Shown here in pieces: positions 51,154-62,130 of a DNA stretch of 64,000 nucleotides. The translations under genes and the position numbers were made by a program. Within the stretch, counting starts at the first letter, position 1. Each line of letters opens with the position of its first letter. Source of the stretch: an uncultured Methanoregulaceae archaeon (GTDB taxonomy: Archaea > Halobacteriota > Methanomicrobia > Methanomicrobiales > Methanospirillaceae); contig CAVTTL010000001.1 of NCBI GenBank assembly GCA_963737635.1, forward strand, positions 2,208,001-2,272,000. The letters run 5' to 3'. Below the pieces are notes generated by a model, which worked only from the letters and a program-made list of their open reading frames with translations, searched no databases and was not told the origin of the DNA.

Positions 51154-51741
51154 TCACCCGAGTCTAATGACCTGTTCTTTGTAAACTTCATTCATCAATT
51201 CGCCAAGACCTGTGTACATCGCAGATAAGCCGCAGATGATACCCACAACACCAGCGATCCCAAGGACTGCAGTGCTGCCGATTTGGTTCCCCGCAATCAG
51301 AAGGAGGAACAAGGCGGTGAGGAGACCAAAGACAACCCGGAGCGCTATGGATAGTCTGAATGTAATAATGAACATCACGAGCGAGAACAAACCCCAGAGC
51401 GTAAGAAACGATACAAGCGCTTCTTTTTCAAGCGGGACACTCCAGCCAAGTGCTGGCATGAGGATCAGCCCCACGAGCGAGATCCAGAAAAAACCGTACG
51501 AAATGAACGCTGTCATACCAAAGGTATTATTCTTCTTCCATTCCATGATTCCCGCGATAACCTGCGCAAGGCCACCGAAGAATATACCCATCGCGAAGAT
51601 CACTGAACCCATCCCAAAGAGTCCTGAATTATGCAGGTTCAGGAGAACAGTCGTCATTCCGAATGCCAATAACCCAAGCGGTGCCGGGTTAGCAGTTATG
51701 TCAGCGATACTAATCGCATCCTTGCTTTTTTCAATATCCAT
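51154..51741 (-). CDS. satP: Acetate uptake channel (SatP/GPR1-FUN34-YaaH family)
   Basis: ANPAPLGL signature; NTFG.TAF.SYG.FW; six TM helices. Confidence 0.92.
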   Translation of the reverse strand: MDIEKSKDAISIADITANPAPLGLLAFGMTTVLLNLHNSGLFGMGSVIFAMGIFFGGLAQVIAGIMEWKKNNTFGMTAFISYGFFWISLVGLILMPALGWSVPLEKEALVSFLTLWGLFSLVMFIITFRLSIALRVVFGLLTALFLLLIAGNQIGSTAVLGIAGVVGIICGLSAMYTGLGELMNEVYKEQVIRLG

Positions 51742-51765
51742 TTTTTCACCACTCCTTTCTTTTAC

Positions 51766-51912
51766 TCATTTCAACGTTACTGCCGGCAGAGCAGTATAAT
51801 CATCGAACTTCTGTACGAGTTGATCCAGAACGCCAAAGTACTCCTGGATATCTGTCTCCACAGATCGTTGACTCAATGAATTTCTGGTTTCGTCCAAACC
51901 CAGTTTTCCCAT
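51766..51912 (-). CDS. Small hypothetical protein (48 aa), first gene of the satP operon
   Basis: GAGGA RBS; MGKLGLDETRNSLSQRSVETDIQEYFGVLDQLVQKFDDYTALPAVTLK; too short for the supplied ORF track. Confidence 0.5.
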   Translation of the reverse strand: MGKLGLDETRNSLSQRSVETDIQEYFGVLDQLVQKFDDYTALPAVTLK

Positions 51913-51937
51913 GCTCATCCTCAATTATCTGAACCGC

Positions 51938-51961
51938 AAAAACCGGAAGAATCCGGTTTTT
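51938..51961. promoter_or_regulatory. Perfect inverted repeat AAAAACCGGA-AGAA-TCCGGTTTTT
   Basis: 10-bp arms between the divergent satP operon and the histidine kinase gene. Confidence 0.5.
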
Positions 51962-52096
51962 TGGGTTGTAAATATCCATTTTCCTTAATATTATTTAAAC
52001 TTTTTGTTCTATGATGATTATTGAATTTGATTATTGAAGATTAACAATAAAGATATATATTGGCAATCAACAATTATTATTTAATGAGATGATATT

Positions 52097-53788
52097 TTGG
52101 AACGGGAAAGCGAATTAGAGCGAATCAAGGATATCTTAAAAATCAATCCCAAAGGGTTGACTATTGAGGAAGTATCGAAAAAACTTTCGCTTAACCGGGC
52201 AACAGCCGCAAAATATCTCAATTCCTTGGTAATGGCAGGGCTGGCAGATCTGCGGGAATTGGGACGGGCCGAGCTTTTCTATATAAGTCATCGGGTTCCG
52301 TTGACCAACATGTTAAGTCTGGCGTCGGATCTTATTCTGATATTGGATAAAGATCTCTTCATACAGGAAGCAAATGACACCTTGCTGGCTTATTTCAAGG
52401 TTTCAAAAGAAGAGCTGAAGGGAAGGCAATTGGAGCATTCATCTCTTGCCCCATATTTTACCGAAGAGCATTTAGCCGCTCTGAAACAGGCACTTGATGG
52501 ATCGGGAAGCAGGTTTGAACTCTATATCGATGGAATCGGTCAGGATCAGTTCTTCCGGATGAAATTAATACCCGTCGTATTCGAAGAAGGTGAGCGCGCT
52601 GTCGGTATCGTATTGGAAGACATCACCGAGATGAAGAGATACCAGCAAGAACTTGAAAACCGTGTTGTTGAACGAACCAATGAGCTTGTCGTCACCAATG
52701 AGGCCTTGCATAAGCAAATACGGGATCGTATCCTTGCCGATGAAGCACTTCGGGAGAGCGAGGAAAAATACCGGGACATCTTCAATAACACCAATGACGC
52801 CATTCAGATCATCGAGCTTGACGATAGTGGATATGCTGGCAGATTCATAGACGTCAATGAGCCTACCTGCCGTCTGTTACAGTACACTCATCATGAATTG
52901 TTGCAGAAACGCCTCTTGGATATAGAGACAAATTATTCCAGGAAAAATATAGATCTGATCGAGAAAGAAATGAGAAAGGCTGGATCATCGACATTCGAAA
53001 CAGAGCTTATTAGAAAAGATGGGGTTCTCATTCCGGTTGAAGTTAGTCTGCATCCTGTTGCATTAAAGGGGAGACACGTGGCCATATCGGTGGTCCGGAA
53101 TATTACCGAGCGTAAACAATGCGACATGGCAATAACAAAGGCAAATAAACAGGTCACCTTGCTCACGGCTATAACCCGTCATGATATTCTGAATCAGCTC
53201 TCGCAGCTGGAAGCATACATATCTCTTTCAAAAAAACAGCCGGGTAGTGGTATATTTGCTGATTTGATTCAAAAAGAAGAATCTGTTGCCCGTACAATCC
53301 GGCGCCAAATCGTGTTTACCCGGGATTATCAGCATGTTGGAGTGCAACCTCCTCAATGGAAGAATGTAAAAGGTACAATCTCTTCGATCGTTTCAACCGT
53401 CCCTCTTGGGGACATATCTACGATTCTCGATACGGGAACACTGGAGATATATGCTGATCTCCTAGTCGAGAGAGTCTTTTTCAATCTCATTGAAAATACC
53501 CTCCGCTATGGAGGGCATGTTACAAGGATCCGCGTATCATATCAGCAGAAAGAAAATGAAATGATCCTTATCATTGAAGACGATGGCATCGGCATTCCAG
53601 AAGAGGATAAGGATAAGATTTTCACCCGGGGATTTGGGAAAAATACGGGTTATGGTTTATTCCTCGTTAGGGAAATTCTATTGATCACCGGTATTACAAT
53701 CAAAGAAACCGGTGAACCGGGCAAAGGTGCACGGTTCGAAATGACCGTCCCGAAAGGTGCATGGCGATTTTCAACATCACTACAATAG
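52097..53788 (+). CDS. wHTH-PAS-PAS sensor histidine kinase (cytoplasmic)
   Basis: N-terminal HTH; two PAS domains; TRHDILNQL H-box; NLIEN, DDGIGI, TGYGLF. Confidence 0.92.
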   Translation: MERESELERIKDILKINPKGLTIEEVSKKLSLNRATAAKYLNSLVMAGLADLRELGRAELFYISHRVPLTNMLSLASDLILILDKDLFIQEANDTLLAYFKVSKEELKGRQLEHSSLAPYFTEEHLAALKQALDGSGSRFELYIDGIGQDQFFRMKLIPVVFEEGERAVGIVLEDITEMKRYQQELENRVVERTNELVVTNEALHKQIRDRILADEALRESEEKYRDIFNNTNDAIQIIELDDSGYAGRFIDVNEPTCRLLQYTHHELLQKRLLDIETNYSRKNIDLIEKEMRKAGSSTFETELIRKDGVLIPVEVSLHPVALKGRHVAISVVRNITERKQCDMAITKANKQVTLLTAITRHDILNQLSQLEAYISLSKKQPGSGIFADLIQKEESVARTIRRQIVFTRDYQHVGVQPPQWKNVKGTISSIVSTVPLGDISTILDTGTLEIYADLLVERVFFNLIENTLRYGGHVTRIRVSYQQKENEMILIIEDDGIGIPEEDKDKIFTRGFGKNTGYGLFLVREILLITGITIKETGEPGKGARFEMTVPKGAWRFSTSLQ

Positions 53789-54012
53789 TCAGGGATTATG
53801 AGTATGCCAAGCAGGATGATAGTCTGGAAAACAGAAACGACCTCTTCATTACGAGAGGGGGTCCCATCGTTTAGGTGATTTTAATATTATCTTGTGTTCT
53901 ACCATTTTTCAATTTGTCATTTAATATGTATTAAAAACAGAACACATATATCAAAGTTATAATAAATCTTGATGACCGCATATCGGATGTGATTTGAACG
54001 AGGACAAAAAAA

Positions 54013-54372
54013 GTGACCTATTTTACGGAAAAAGAAGAAGAATTTACGAACCTCCTCATTGAGATTGGGATGAAAAAAAATGTGGCAAAAGTGCTGGTTT
54101 TCTTAGCGAATATTCAGGAAGCAACATCACGTGAAATCGAGCGAGGGACCGATTTACGCCAACCGGAAGTAAGTATTGCAATGCAGCACCTGCTGGATCG
54201 TGGGTGGATTGCAAACCGCGAGAGTAAGGCCGAGAATAAAGGACGCCCGGTTAAGATCTATAAACTTGCAACTCCCGTAACCGATATCATGGACAGCATC
54301 GAAAAAGAGATGATGAAAATAACAACCAAAAAACTTGCTCTGGTTCATAAATTACAGAACTACATTAATTGA
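54013..54372 (+). CDS. Archaeal winged-helix transcriptional regulator
   Basis: SREIERGTDLRQPEVSIAM...KGRPVKIYKL. Confidence 0.85.
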   Translation: MTYFTEKEEEFTNLLIEIGMKKNVAKVLVFLANIQEATSREIERGTDLRQPEVSIAMQHLLDRGWIANRESKAENKGRPVKIYKLATPVTDIMDSIEKEMMKITTKKLALVHKLQNYIN

Positions 54373-54470
54373 TGGAATTAGCTAAATCAGTTTTTGATTT
54401 TTTAGAACTCGAAGAATACGATTTCGGCGTAGTCGATATTCTTCTGCATTTAAAAAAAAATACGTATAAT

Positions 54471-55170
54471 TTACTTGTATTTTTTCTGAGTATATGCATA
54501 CTTTTGAGTCTCCCCACCATGAGCGACGATATAAAGCCACTCATACAGGGATTTGAACGTGCCGTACTGCTGGTACCTGCGCATAGAGAAACCAACTTTT
54601 AATTTGCCGTCGAACCGGATTTTTCCCAAATCTTTCATGCGCATCGCAATCTCGATATCATCTCCGGCGTCAATGCAACGATACATGCCAGCCCTTATAA
54701 ATGCCTCCTTGCGAAACGCAGTGTTACAACCGAGCGTATAATAGAAGGTGCGGCTGTAAAACCCAATACGGGAGAAGGTATTTGCGAGGAGAAGCGAGAA
54801 ATGGTTACCGATGCTGTCCTCTATGGGATAGACTGTGCCGTAAACCTGTACGATCAGCCGGATTAGCGAAGTCCTTCCTGATACGATCGATCCAATCCGG
54901 CGGGAGGATGCAGTCTGCATCGGTCGAGGCGATGATATCACCTTTTGCTGCAATGACCCCATCGTTTCGTGCCCCGCCGACTTTTTTGCTCTTCTGGATG
55001 AAGACTTTGTCGGCATATTTCCGGGCAATTTCGCAGGTCTTGTCAGTCGACCCGCCATCGACTACGATAATCTCGTACTCGTTCTTGCTGACTGTCTGGT
55101 GCGAGAGTGAGACCAGGCACTGGGCTATGTTCTCCTCTTCATTAAAGGAGGGGACAATGACCGAAATCAT
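54471..55170 (-). CDS. Family 2 glycosyltransferase; frameshift ~54859
   Basis: ISVIVPSFNEE, VVDGGSTD, TDADC; second frame GCNTAFRK, GDDIE, FSMRR. Confidence 0.88.
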
Positions 55171-55242
55171 GCAGTATGAAAAACTCCTGTACTTTTTTGG
55201 GTTGGCGGATTATAAGGGTGATGCCGGAAACAAAAAATCCAA

Positions 55243-56555
55243 TTATGATGGATGTGATTGTATAAACTCCAGTACACTTCGGATGCATCCGTCCATATTG
55301 AGGTATTCGAACTGGGCAAACCGGCCCACGAGCGGGATATCGATCGCCTGGCAGAAATCACGGACGACGGCAATGTTCTCCTGGTACTTTTTATCATATA
55401 CCACGTAAGCAAATGACTGGCGCACTACTGAAGAAAACACCACCTGGTCCGGTGTAATAAGTCCCATATTGGCGAGCATCCCGGTGACCTCATCGATCAG
55501 ATCTTCATCGCTCATCCGCGCCACGGGATCTCCTGGCTGGTGAGTGATCTCGGAAAGAATGGCACTGCAGCCTTCCGGCGCCACGTGCCGGCTGTATTGC
55601 GAGGGAAACGAGATCCGGTTGGTCTTACCAAGCGCCGGGTCGGGGATGTAAAGCCAGGAGTATCCCGGGACATCCCCCCGAATGCCAATATTAACACAGG
55701 CAAGGGAATTATAGGTAAGTTTGTCACAGGCCTTCTTTACTTCAGGTGGTACCCCGTGAAGCGCTGCAATCAGGTGCTGGAGGGGGATCGTAGAGATTAT
55801 CCGATCTACCTTGATCGTTTCTGAGCCATTACTGATGAGCCACTTCATTCCCTGTTTCCTTATGGAACGGATCCGGAAATTGTTTTTTATGAATGGCTCA
55901 ACCGCCGGGCAATTGCTTTTACCAGAGATTCGATACCCCCGTCAAGCGGGTACGAGAAGACTGCCTGGTGGATGTACCCTTCTGTGGAGATGCCGATAGC
56001 GGATTTGATCACATCGTCGATTGGTGGTCGCGGGATCCGCCCATCCACCCAGTGAAGAGACATGCTGTCAGTCGGGTACTTCCAGATCTTCTCGTTATAG
56101 GGAACCATATAACACTCAGCGATCCCTTTCCCAAACGTGTAATAGATCCAGTCACGGAATGTCCGGGGGGGCGCAAGTTCGCCTTTTTCTACGGCAACAA
56201 GAGTCTTGACAAACTCGCTGATACAAAAGAACCGGTCCTCTGCAGGAAGATCACTAAGGCCGTTCTCAAAGGGGTACTTCACGTACCTACCCTTATAGAA
56301 GATCTTCGTATTCCGGATGTTCTCCTGTTCGTTTCCCTGGATCATCTTCCGCATGAAGGCGAGGACTTCAGCATCACGTGAGAAGATAATATGCGAACCG
56401 CCGGTATCGAAGGTAAACCCATCCGAAATATAAGACCGGCAGAGCCCGCCATATTCCGGCTCTGCTTCAAGGATCACGAGATCGGTGCCTTTTTCATAGA
56501 GGAGCCGGGCCAGTGTCAGGCCGGATAAGCCGCCCCCGAGAATTGCCGTTTTCAC
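55243..56555 (-). CDS. FAD-dependent oxidoreductase (protoporphyrinogen oxidase/UDP-galactopyranose mutase-like); frameshift ~55905
   Basis: GGGLSG, GGLCRS, DTGGSH, PYNEKIW; second frame AYVVYD, GRFAQFEYLNMD. Confidence 0.85.
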
Positions 56556-56709
56556 TGCCCCAATAGTTGGCTGGCAGAACTTATAGAATTCACCCTGATA
56601 GTAGTCCGCGGGAAAAACATTCGCCGACCTAATGCCCTCCGGATCAAAACGATAATGTTATGCTATGACATAGCAGACCAATAATTCATACCCCGGAGGG
56701 TAGATCAAA

Positions 56710-58293
56710 GTGGATCTGATTATTCAGTTTATTTTGGCCATCCTGCCCATCCTTATGATCTTTATCGGACTTGTCTTCTTCAAGCAGTCCGGTACGCTTA
56801 TGGGCATTCTTGGATGGATTCTGACGGTTATCATAGCGGTCATTTTTTTCCAGACCAGCGTTCCTGTGGCATTGGCAGCGTCATGGTATGGCGTACTCTC
56901 TTCGTTTGGAATCTCGCTGATGGTACTCTTTACCATCCTGCAAGTCACTATGATGGATTTAACCGGTGCGATCGCCAGCATTACGGCATACATCAAAACT
57001 ATCGCGGCAGAGCGGTACGAGCAGATAATGATCCTGAACGTAGGTTTTGGGACGTTTTTAGTCTCAATAGGGGCAACACCGGTGACCATGCTCCCACCAA
57101 TCATGCTTGCGCTAGGATTCTCACCTCTTGCCGCAGTTGCCCTGCCCTGTATGGGGTATGACCCGCTTACTTCATTCTCGCTGCTTGCCGTCCCGATCAC
57201 ACTGCCGGCATCGGCCTTTGGTCTTGACGTGAGATCGCTCGGGATCACGGTCGCCTGGTTCCTGCCGGTAATATCGACCGGTATCGCTCTCGCTATGCTC
57301 TGGGTCGCCGATGGCATCACTGGTGTGAAGAAAGGATTCCTCACGGCACTTGTCGCAGGCCTGACACTTGGGCTCTGTGCGATCCTCTTTGTGCATATCC
57401 TCCCGGCAGCGGCCATCGGTCTTGTTGGGGTCTTCTCGGGCGTCGTTACTGTTGCCGTCCTCTTCCTGATGAGAAAGATCCGGGGCAGGCCGCTTGATGT
57501 TTCAGAGCCTGCCACAATAGCAGCAGCAAGAGAAGAAAGGAAGAGTAAGATGCCGCTCTGGAAGGCATCGCTTCCCTGGCTAATGCTCGTGATCTTCTGT
57601 ATCATCATCAGCATCCCCGTCATCCAGGGTATCCTGCTTGCGTCCCTTGGTAACCTGCAGAAGATCCCGGTTATGGCCGACCAGATAGTCAACCTGAAGC
57701 TTTTAAATCAGGCGTACTTCTGGGTGCTGGTAAGCACCATTATTACCGCGCCGATTTTGATCCGGTCAAAAGATGAACTCAAAAAAATTACCACGGTCTG
57801 GCTGAAACGTTCGTGGAGCCCGACGCTTGCCGCAATGGTCTTTTTTGCTATTGCCTATGTAATGGACTGGTCAGGAAAATCCGTAATCAGCGGTGCACTC
57901 ACGTTCGCACCGAATGCTTCCGGGTTCAACATGAACATCGTTATTGGCACCGTGCTTGCACTCGCCTTCGGCCTTGCATTCCCGCTGATCAGCCCATCGA
58001 TGGGCCTGTTCGGCTCGTTTGTCTCAGGCAGCGAGACCTCTTCCAACGTCATGTTTTACGGCATCCTCAAAAAATCGACCGAAATGCTCAACCTTGACTT
58101 CATGAAAGTCTACGCCGCGCATATGGTTGCGGGAGGTATCGCATCAGGTATAGCGGTCGCAAAGATCATCAATGCTGCAGCTGTCGTCGACAAGATCGGT
58201 ATCGAAGGAGAGGTTGTCCGCAAAGTCGCACCGGTTGCGATTGTGCTGACTATCATCACCGGTATTATGCTGGCGCTGATGCTGATCTTCTAA
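56710..58293 (+). CDS. L-lactate permease (LctP) family transporter
   Basis: Many TM helices; GSFVSGSETSSNVMF motif. Confidence 0.8.
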   Translation: MDLIIQFILAILPILMIFIGLVFFKQSGTLMGILGWILTVIIAVIFFQTSVPVALAASWYGVLSSFGISLMVLFTILQVTMMDLTGAIASITAYIKTIAAERYEQIMILNVGFGTFLVSIGATPVTMLPPIMLALGFSPLAAVALPCMGYDPLTSFSLLAVPITLPASAFGLDVRSLGITVAWFLPVISTGIALAMLWVADGITGVKKGFLTALVAGLTLGLCAILFVHILPAAAIGLVGVFSGVVTVAVLFLMRKIRGRPLDVSEPATIAAAREERKSKMPLWKASLPWLMLVIFCIIISIPVIQGILLASLGNLQKIPVMADQIVNLKLLNQAYFWVLVSTIITAPILIRSKDELKKITTVWLKRSWSPTLAAMVFFAIAYVMDWSGKSVISGALTFAPNASGFNMNIVIGTVLALAFGLAFPLISPSMGLFGSFVSGSETSSNVMFYGILKKSTEMLNLDFMKVYAAHMVAGGIASGIAVAKIINAAAVVDKIGIEGEVVRKVAPVAIVLTIITGIMLALMLIF

Positions 58294-58327
58294 TTTTTCC
58301 TGTTTTTGAATAGTAAAAAAGAAGAGA

Positions 58328-58831
58328 TTATTTGCTGCTCGTTACAGTTTTTGTACCGCGCAAAATCCCAATCTTTCCGGTCCGTATCAGCTCCTTGATC
58401 CCGAACTGGCGCAACAGTTTCTCCATCGCATCGATCTTAGCCGTATCACCGGCAATCTGGAGAATAACCGACTTTGCGCCCACATCCACAATCTGGGCAC
58501 GAAAGATGGTAGCAATCTGCATGATCTCGGCCCGGGTCGTACCCTGGTCCGCGGTCACCTTGAACAGAGCAAGCTCACGCTCGACCCTCTCACTATCGGT
58601 CAGGTCAGAGACCTTAATCACATCAATGAGCTTGTTGAGCTGTTTCATTACCTGTTCGACCTGAGCATCGTCTCCGATTACAACGATCGTGATCCGGCTC
58701 ATATCAGGTTCCTCGCAGGTGCCCACGGCCAGGCTTTCGATGTTAAAACCGCGACGGGAGAAGAGCCCCGTAACCCGGGAAAGAACTCCCGCTTTGTTCT
58801 CCACAAGCACGGACAATGTATGCGCTTTCAT
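58328..58831 (-). CDS. ilvN: Acetolactate synthase small subunit
   Basis: LSVLVENKAGVLSRVTGLFSRRGFNIESL; KQLNKLIDVIKV. Confidence 0.96.
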   Translation of the reverse strand: MKAHTLSVLVENKAGVLSRVTGLFSRRGFNIESLAVGTCEEPDMSRITIVVIGDDAQVEQVMKQLNKLIDVIKVSDLTDSERVERELALFKVTADQGTTRAEIMQIATIFRAQIVDVGAKSVILQIAGDTAKIDAMEKLLRQFGIKELIRTGKIGILRGTKTVTSSK

Positions 58832-60508
58832 AATCGCGGATGCCCCCCGATCATCTCGTTAATGGCGGCACCGGCCGGGACCATGGGAAAAACATTTTCC
58901 TCGCGTTCGATCCGGAAATCAAGCACGAACGGCCCATCATGGTCAATCGCGGCTTTTAAGGCCGGCATCACCTCATCGCAAGACTCCACTTTGATCCCTT
59001 CAATACCGTACGCCTGCGCAATCTTGGTAAATTCGACCGGCGGGAGTTCGGTATAGGAATAGCGCCGGTCATAGAAGAGCTCCTGCCACTGGCGCACCAT
59101 GCCGAGGTACATATTATTCAGAATGGCAATTTTCACCGGGATTTTATATTGCGCGACCGTTCCCATCTCCTGAATGTTCATCTGAATACTTCCATCCCCG
59201 GCCACATCGAAAACCGGGAGATCGGGTCGGGCAAAGTGCGCCCCGATACGCTGCGGGAAAACCATACCCCATCGTGCCAAGACCTCCCGAAGTAATCCAT
59301 GTACGGGGGTGGCGGAAGCAGAAATACTGCGCAGTCCACATCTGGTTCTGGCCCACCTCCGAGACGATCACCGCATCACCCTTTAGCAGTTCATTCATCT
59401 GCTGGAGAATGAACTGGGGATGCAGGCACCCGTTGTCTTCGCCATAGCGAAGGGGATGGTTCTTTTTCCAGTGTATTATCTTCTTCTGCCATGCCTCGCA
59501 GGCATTCTTTTTTGCAAGACTGGCAATTATATCTGCAAGCACGGTTTTTGTATCCCCGACGATCGGGACATCCACGCGCTTGTTCTTCCCGATCTCAGCC
59601 GGGTCAATATCGATATGGATAACTTTTGCATGCGGCGCGAACGTGTTTATGTTACCAGTAACCCGGTCATCAAACCGCGCTCCGATTGCAATCAGGAGAT
59701 CGCACTCGGTAACCGCGAAGTTCGCATACTCGGTGCCGTGCATCCCCAACATGCCAAGATTAAGCGGGTGATCGCAGGGAACACACCCGATACCCATCAG
59801 GGTCGTTGTGACCGGGATGCCATGGCCGGAAGCAAAGGCCACGAGCTCCGCTGAGGCATTGGACGAGATCACCCCGCCGCCCGCGTAGATGAGCGGCCGT
59901 TCAGCCGCCGTGATGAGTTCAATGGCCCTGTCGATCTGGCGCTTGTGCCCTTTATAGGTCGGGTTATAGCCCCGGAGAACCACCTTTTCCGGGACAACCG
60001 GCTCCTTGACCGACCGGGTATTCACATCTTTGGGCAGATCGATAAGCACCGGCCCCTGACGCCCGGTGCCCGCGATATAAAATGCCTCTTTTACCACGCG
60101 GGGGATATCTGATGTGTCCTTCACGAGGTAGTTATGCTTTGTGATAGGCATTGTAATTCCCTGGATATCCGATTCCTGAAAGGCATCGTTCCCAAGCATA
60201 GTGGTCGGAACCTGGCCGGTAATGGCAACAATGGGAACTGAGTCCATGTAAGCCGTGGCGATCCCGGTGACAAGGTTGCAGGCCCCGGGACCGGAGGTGG
60301 CAAGGCATACCCCTACCCGACCGCTCGCGCGTGCATAGCCGTCCGCGGCGTGCGCTGCTGCCTGTTCGTGCCGTACCAGGATATGCCGCAATGGTGAATC
60401 GTAGAGTTCATCATAGATCGGCAGCACTGAGCCGCCAGGGTAGCCAAACAGCGTGTCTGTACCCTCGCGCTGCAGTGATTCAACGAGGAGTTTTGCCCCG
60501 GTCTTCAT
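58828..60508 (-). CDS. ilvB: Acetolactate synthase large subunit; +1 frameshift ~59240
   Basis: [27 protein letters not shown]; second frame [15 protein letters not shown]. Confidence 0.94.
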
Positions 60509-61995
60509 GTTCGTTCCTCAAGTAGTCTGTTCATTCCGGCGATCATCGCCTCGACGCTCGCCATGATAATATCAGTGCGGGCGCCCCGTGAAGTAATTAT
60601 CTTCCCGTCTTTACTTAACCTTACGGTAACTTCGACCAGTGCATCAGTACCGCCGCTGATCGCGTCTACATGGTACTCTTCGAGCCGGATGTTCCCGACA
60701 TCGGCAACTGATTTTGCGAGTACCTGCATCGCTGCGTCAACCGGCCCGTCACCGGTTGATGCGCCGGTCATCTCTTTTCCCTTCACTTCGAGCGTAACCG
60801 ATGCCGTGGGCATCATGCTGCTTCCCGAAACAACGGTAAACTGCCTCAGCTTGATCGTGGGTTTGCACTCCATTGCGAGTACCGAATCGGCAATAGCCAT
60901 AAGATCCGCATCGCTGACTCGTTTCCCTGAGTCTCCAAGGTCTTTTATCCGGGCAACAATGGCTTTGAGCTGCTGTGCGTTAGGCATGTACTTCATTTCG
61001 TGGAGTGCTGCTTCTACGGACGCGGAACCGGAGTGTTTTCCGAGCACAATCCGGCGTTGCCGCCCGACCTGCTCTGGCCGGATGGACTCATAGGTTGCCG
61101 GTTCGCGGATTACACCGTGGGCATGGATACCGCTCTCATGGGTAAACGCCATCTCACCGATAACGGCCTTGTTGACCGGCAGCGGGACTCCCGTGAGCCG
61201 GGAGACTAGGGTCGAGAGGGCATAAATCTCCTCTTTTTTTATCCCGGTCGGGTACCCATAGAGCACTTCAAGCGACATCACCAATTCCTCAAAGGGCGTG
61301 TTTCCCGCCCGTTCCCCAAGGCCGTTTACTGTCGTATGAGCGCAGGTGGCACCAGCCTTTAAAGCCGCGACCGTGTTTGCAAGGGCAAAACCAAGGTCAT
61401 CGTGACAGTGGATCGAGAGCGGCGCGATCCCGGCAAGCGGCGGGATGAACGCTGTAATCTTCTCCGGGGTCAGGAGACCTACGGTGTCGCAAAAACAGAG
61501 CCGGTCGGCCCCGTGTTCCACGCCACCGGAAAAGATGTCCGAAAGGAACCGCTGGTCGGCCCGGGAAGCATCTTCTCCCGAGAGTTCCACGATGAGTCCA
61601 CGGCTTTTTGCGTACTCTACCGAGCTCCAGGCCATCTCTGCAACTTGGTCGCGAGTCCTTCGCAGCTTCTTTTCAATGTGAAGGTCACTGACTGGAATCA
61701 CAAGGTGGACCGAATCGGCACCGTTATCCGCAGCATAATCGATATCGGCGTTTATGGCCCGGACGAACGTACAGGTCTCGGTCGGAAGCCCGGCATTCGC
61801 AATGAGCCGGATCGCGTCCTGCTCTCCAGCGGATGTTGCAGCAGAGCCGGCTTCGATAACATCGACACCTACGTCTGCAAGCCTGGTCGCAATTTCCAAC
61901 TTCTGATCCGGGTTTAACGATACACCCGGGGTCTGTTCCCCGTCCCGTAACGTGGTATCAAAAAAGCGCAGTTTACTGGCGAATAAAACACTCAC
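60505..61995 (-). CDS. cimA: (R)-citramalate synthase / 2-isopropylmalate synthase family
   Basis: [30 protein letters not shown]; LeuA-type regulatory domain; linked to ilvBN (cimA versus leuA not certain). Confidence 0.75.
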   Translation of the reverse strand: MSVLFASKLRFFDTTLRDGEQTPGVSLNPDQKLEIATRLADVGVDVIEAGSAATSAGEQDAIRLIANAGLPTETCTFVRAINADIDYAADNGADSVHLVIPVSDLHIEKKLRRTRDQVAEMAWSSVEYAKSRGLIVELSGEDASRADQRFLSDIFSGGVEHGADRLCFCDTVGLLTPEKITAFIPPLAGIAPLSIHCHDDLGFALANTVAALKAGATCAHTTVNGLGERAGNTPFEELVMSLEVLYGYPTGIKKEEIYALSTLVSRLTGVPLPVNKAVIGEMAFTHESGIHAHGVIREPATYESIRPEQVGRQRRIVLGKHSGSASVEAALHEMKYMPNAQQLKAIVARIKDLGDSGKRVSDADLMAIADSVLAMECKPTIKLRQFTVVSGSSMMPTASVTLEVKGKEMTGASTGDGPVDAAMQVLAKSVADVGNIRLEEYHVDAISGGTDALVEVTVRLSKDGKIITSRGARTDIIMASVEAMIAGMNRLLEERT

Positions 61996-62130
61996 TCATG
62001 GCAGACACCATGCTACAGAACTAGGAAAGCAGACTATTAAAACATTCGGACACCGGAATGCCCGAACCAGAATCCTTACATGTCCTGATCGGGTAAATTA
62101 CCGTACAAGGGAAAACGATAGCGGGAGACT

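Noticed and set aside
11236-60508. Programmed frameshifting or mass pseudogenisation
   Set aside because: No shared slippery heptamer; both halves of each gene are conserved, including core genes such as ilvB; sequencing error is the simpler explanation
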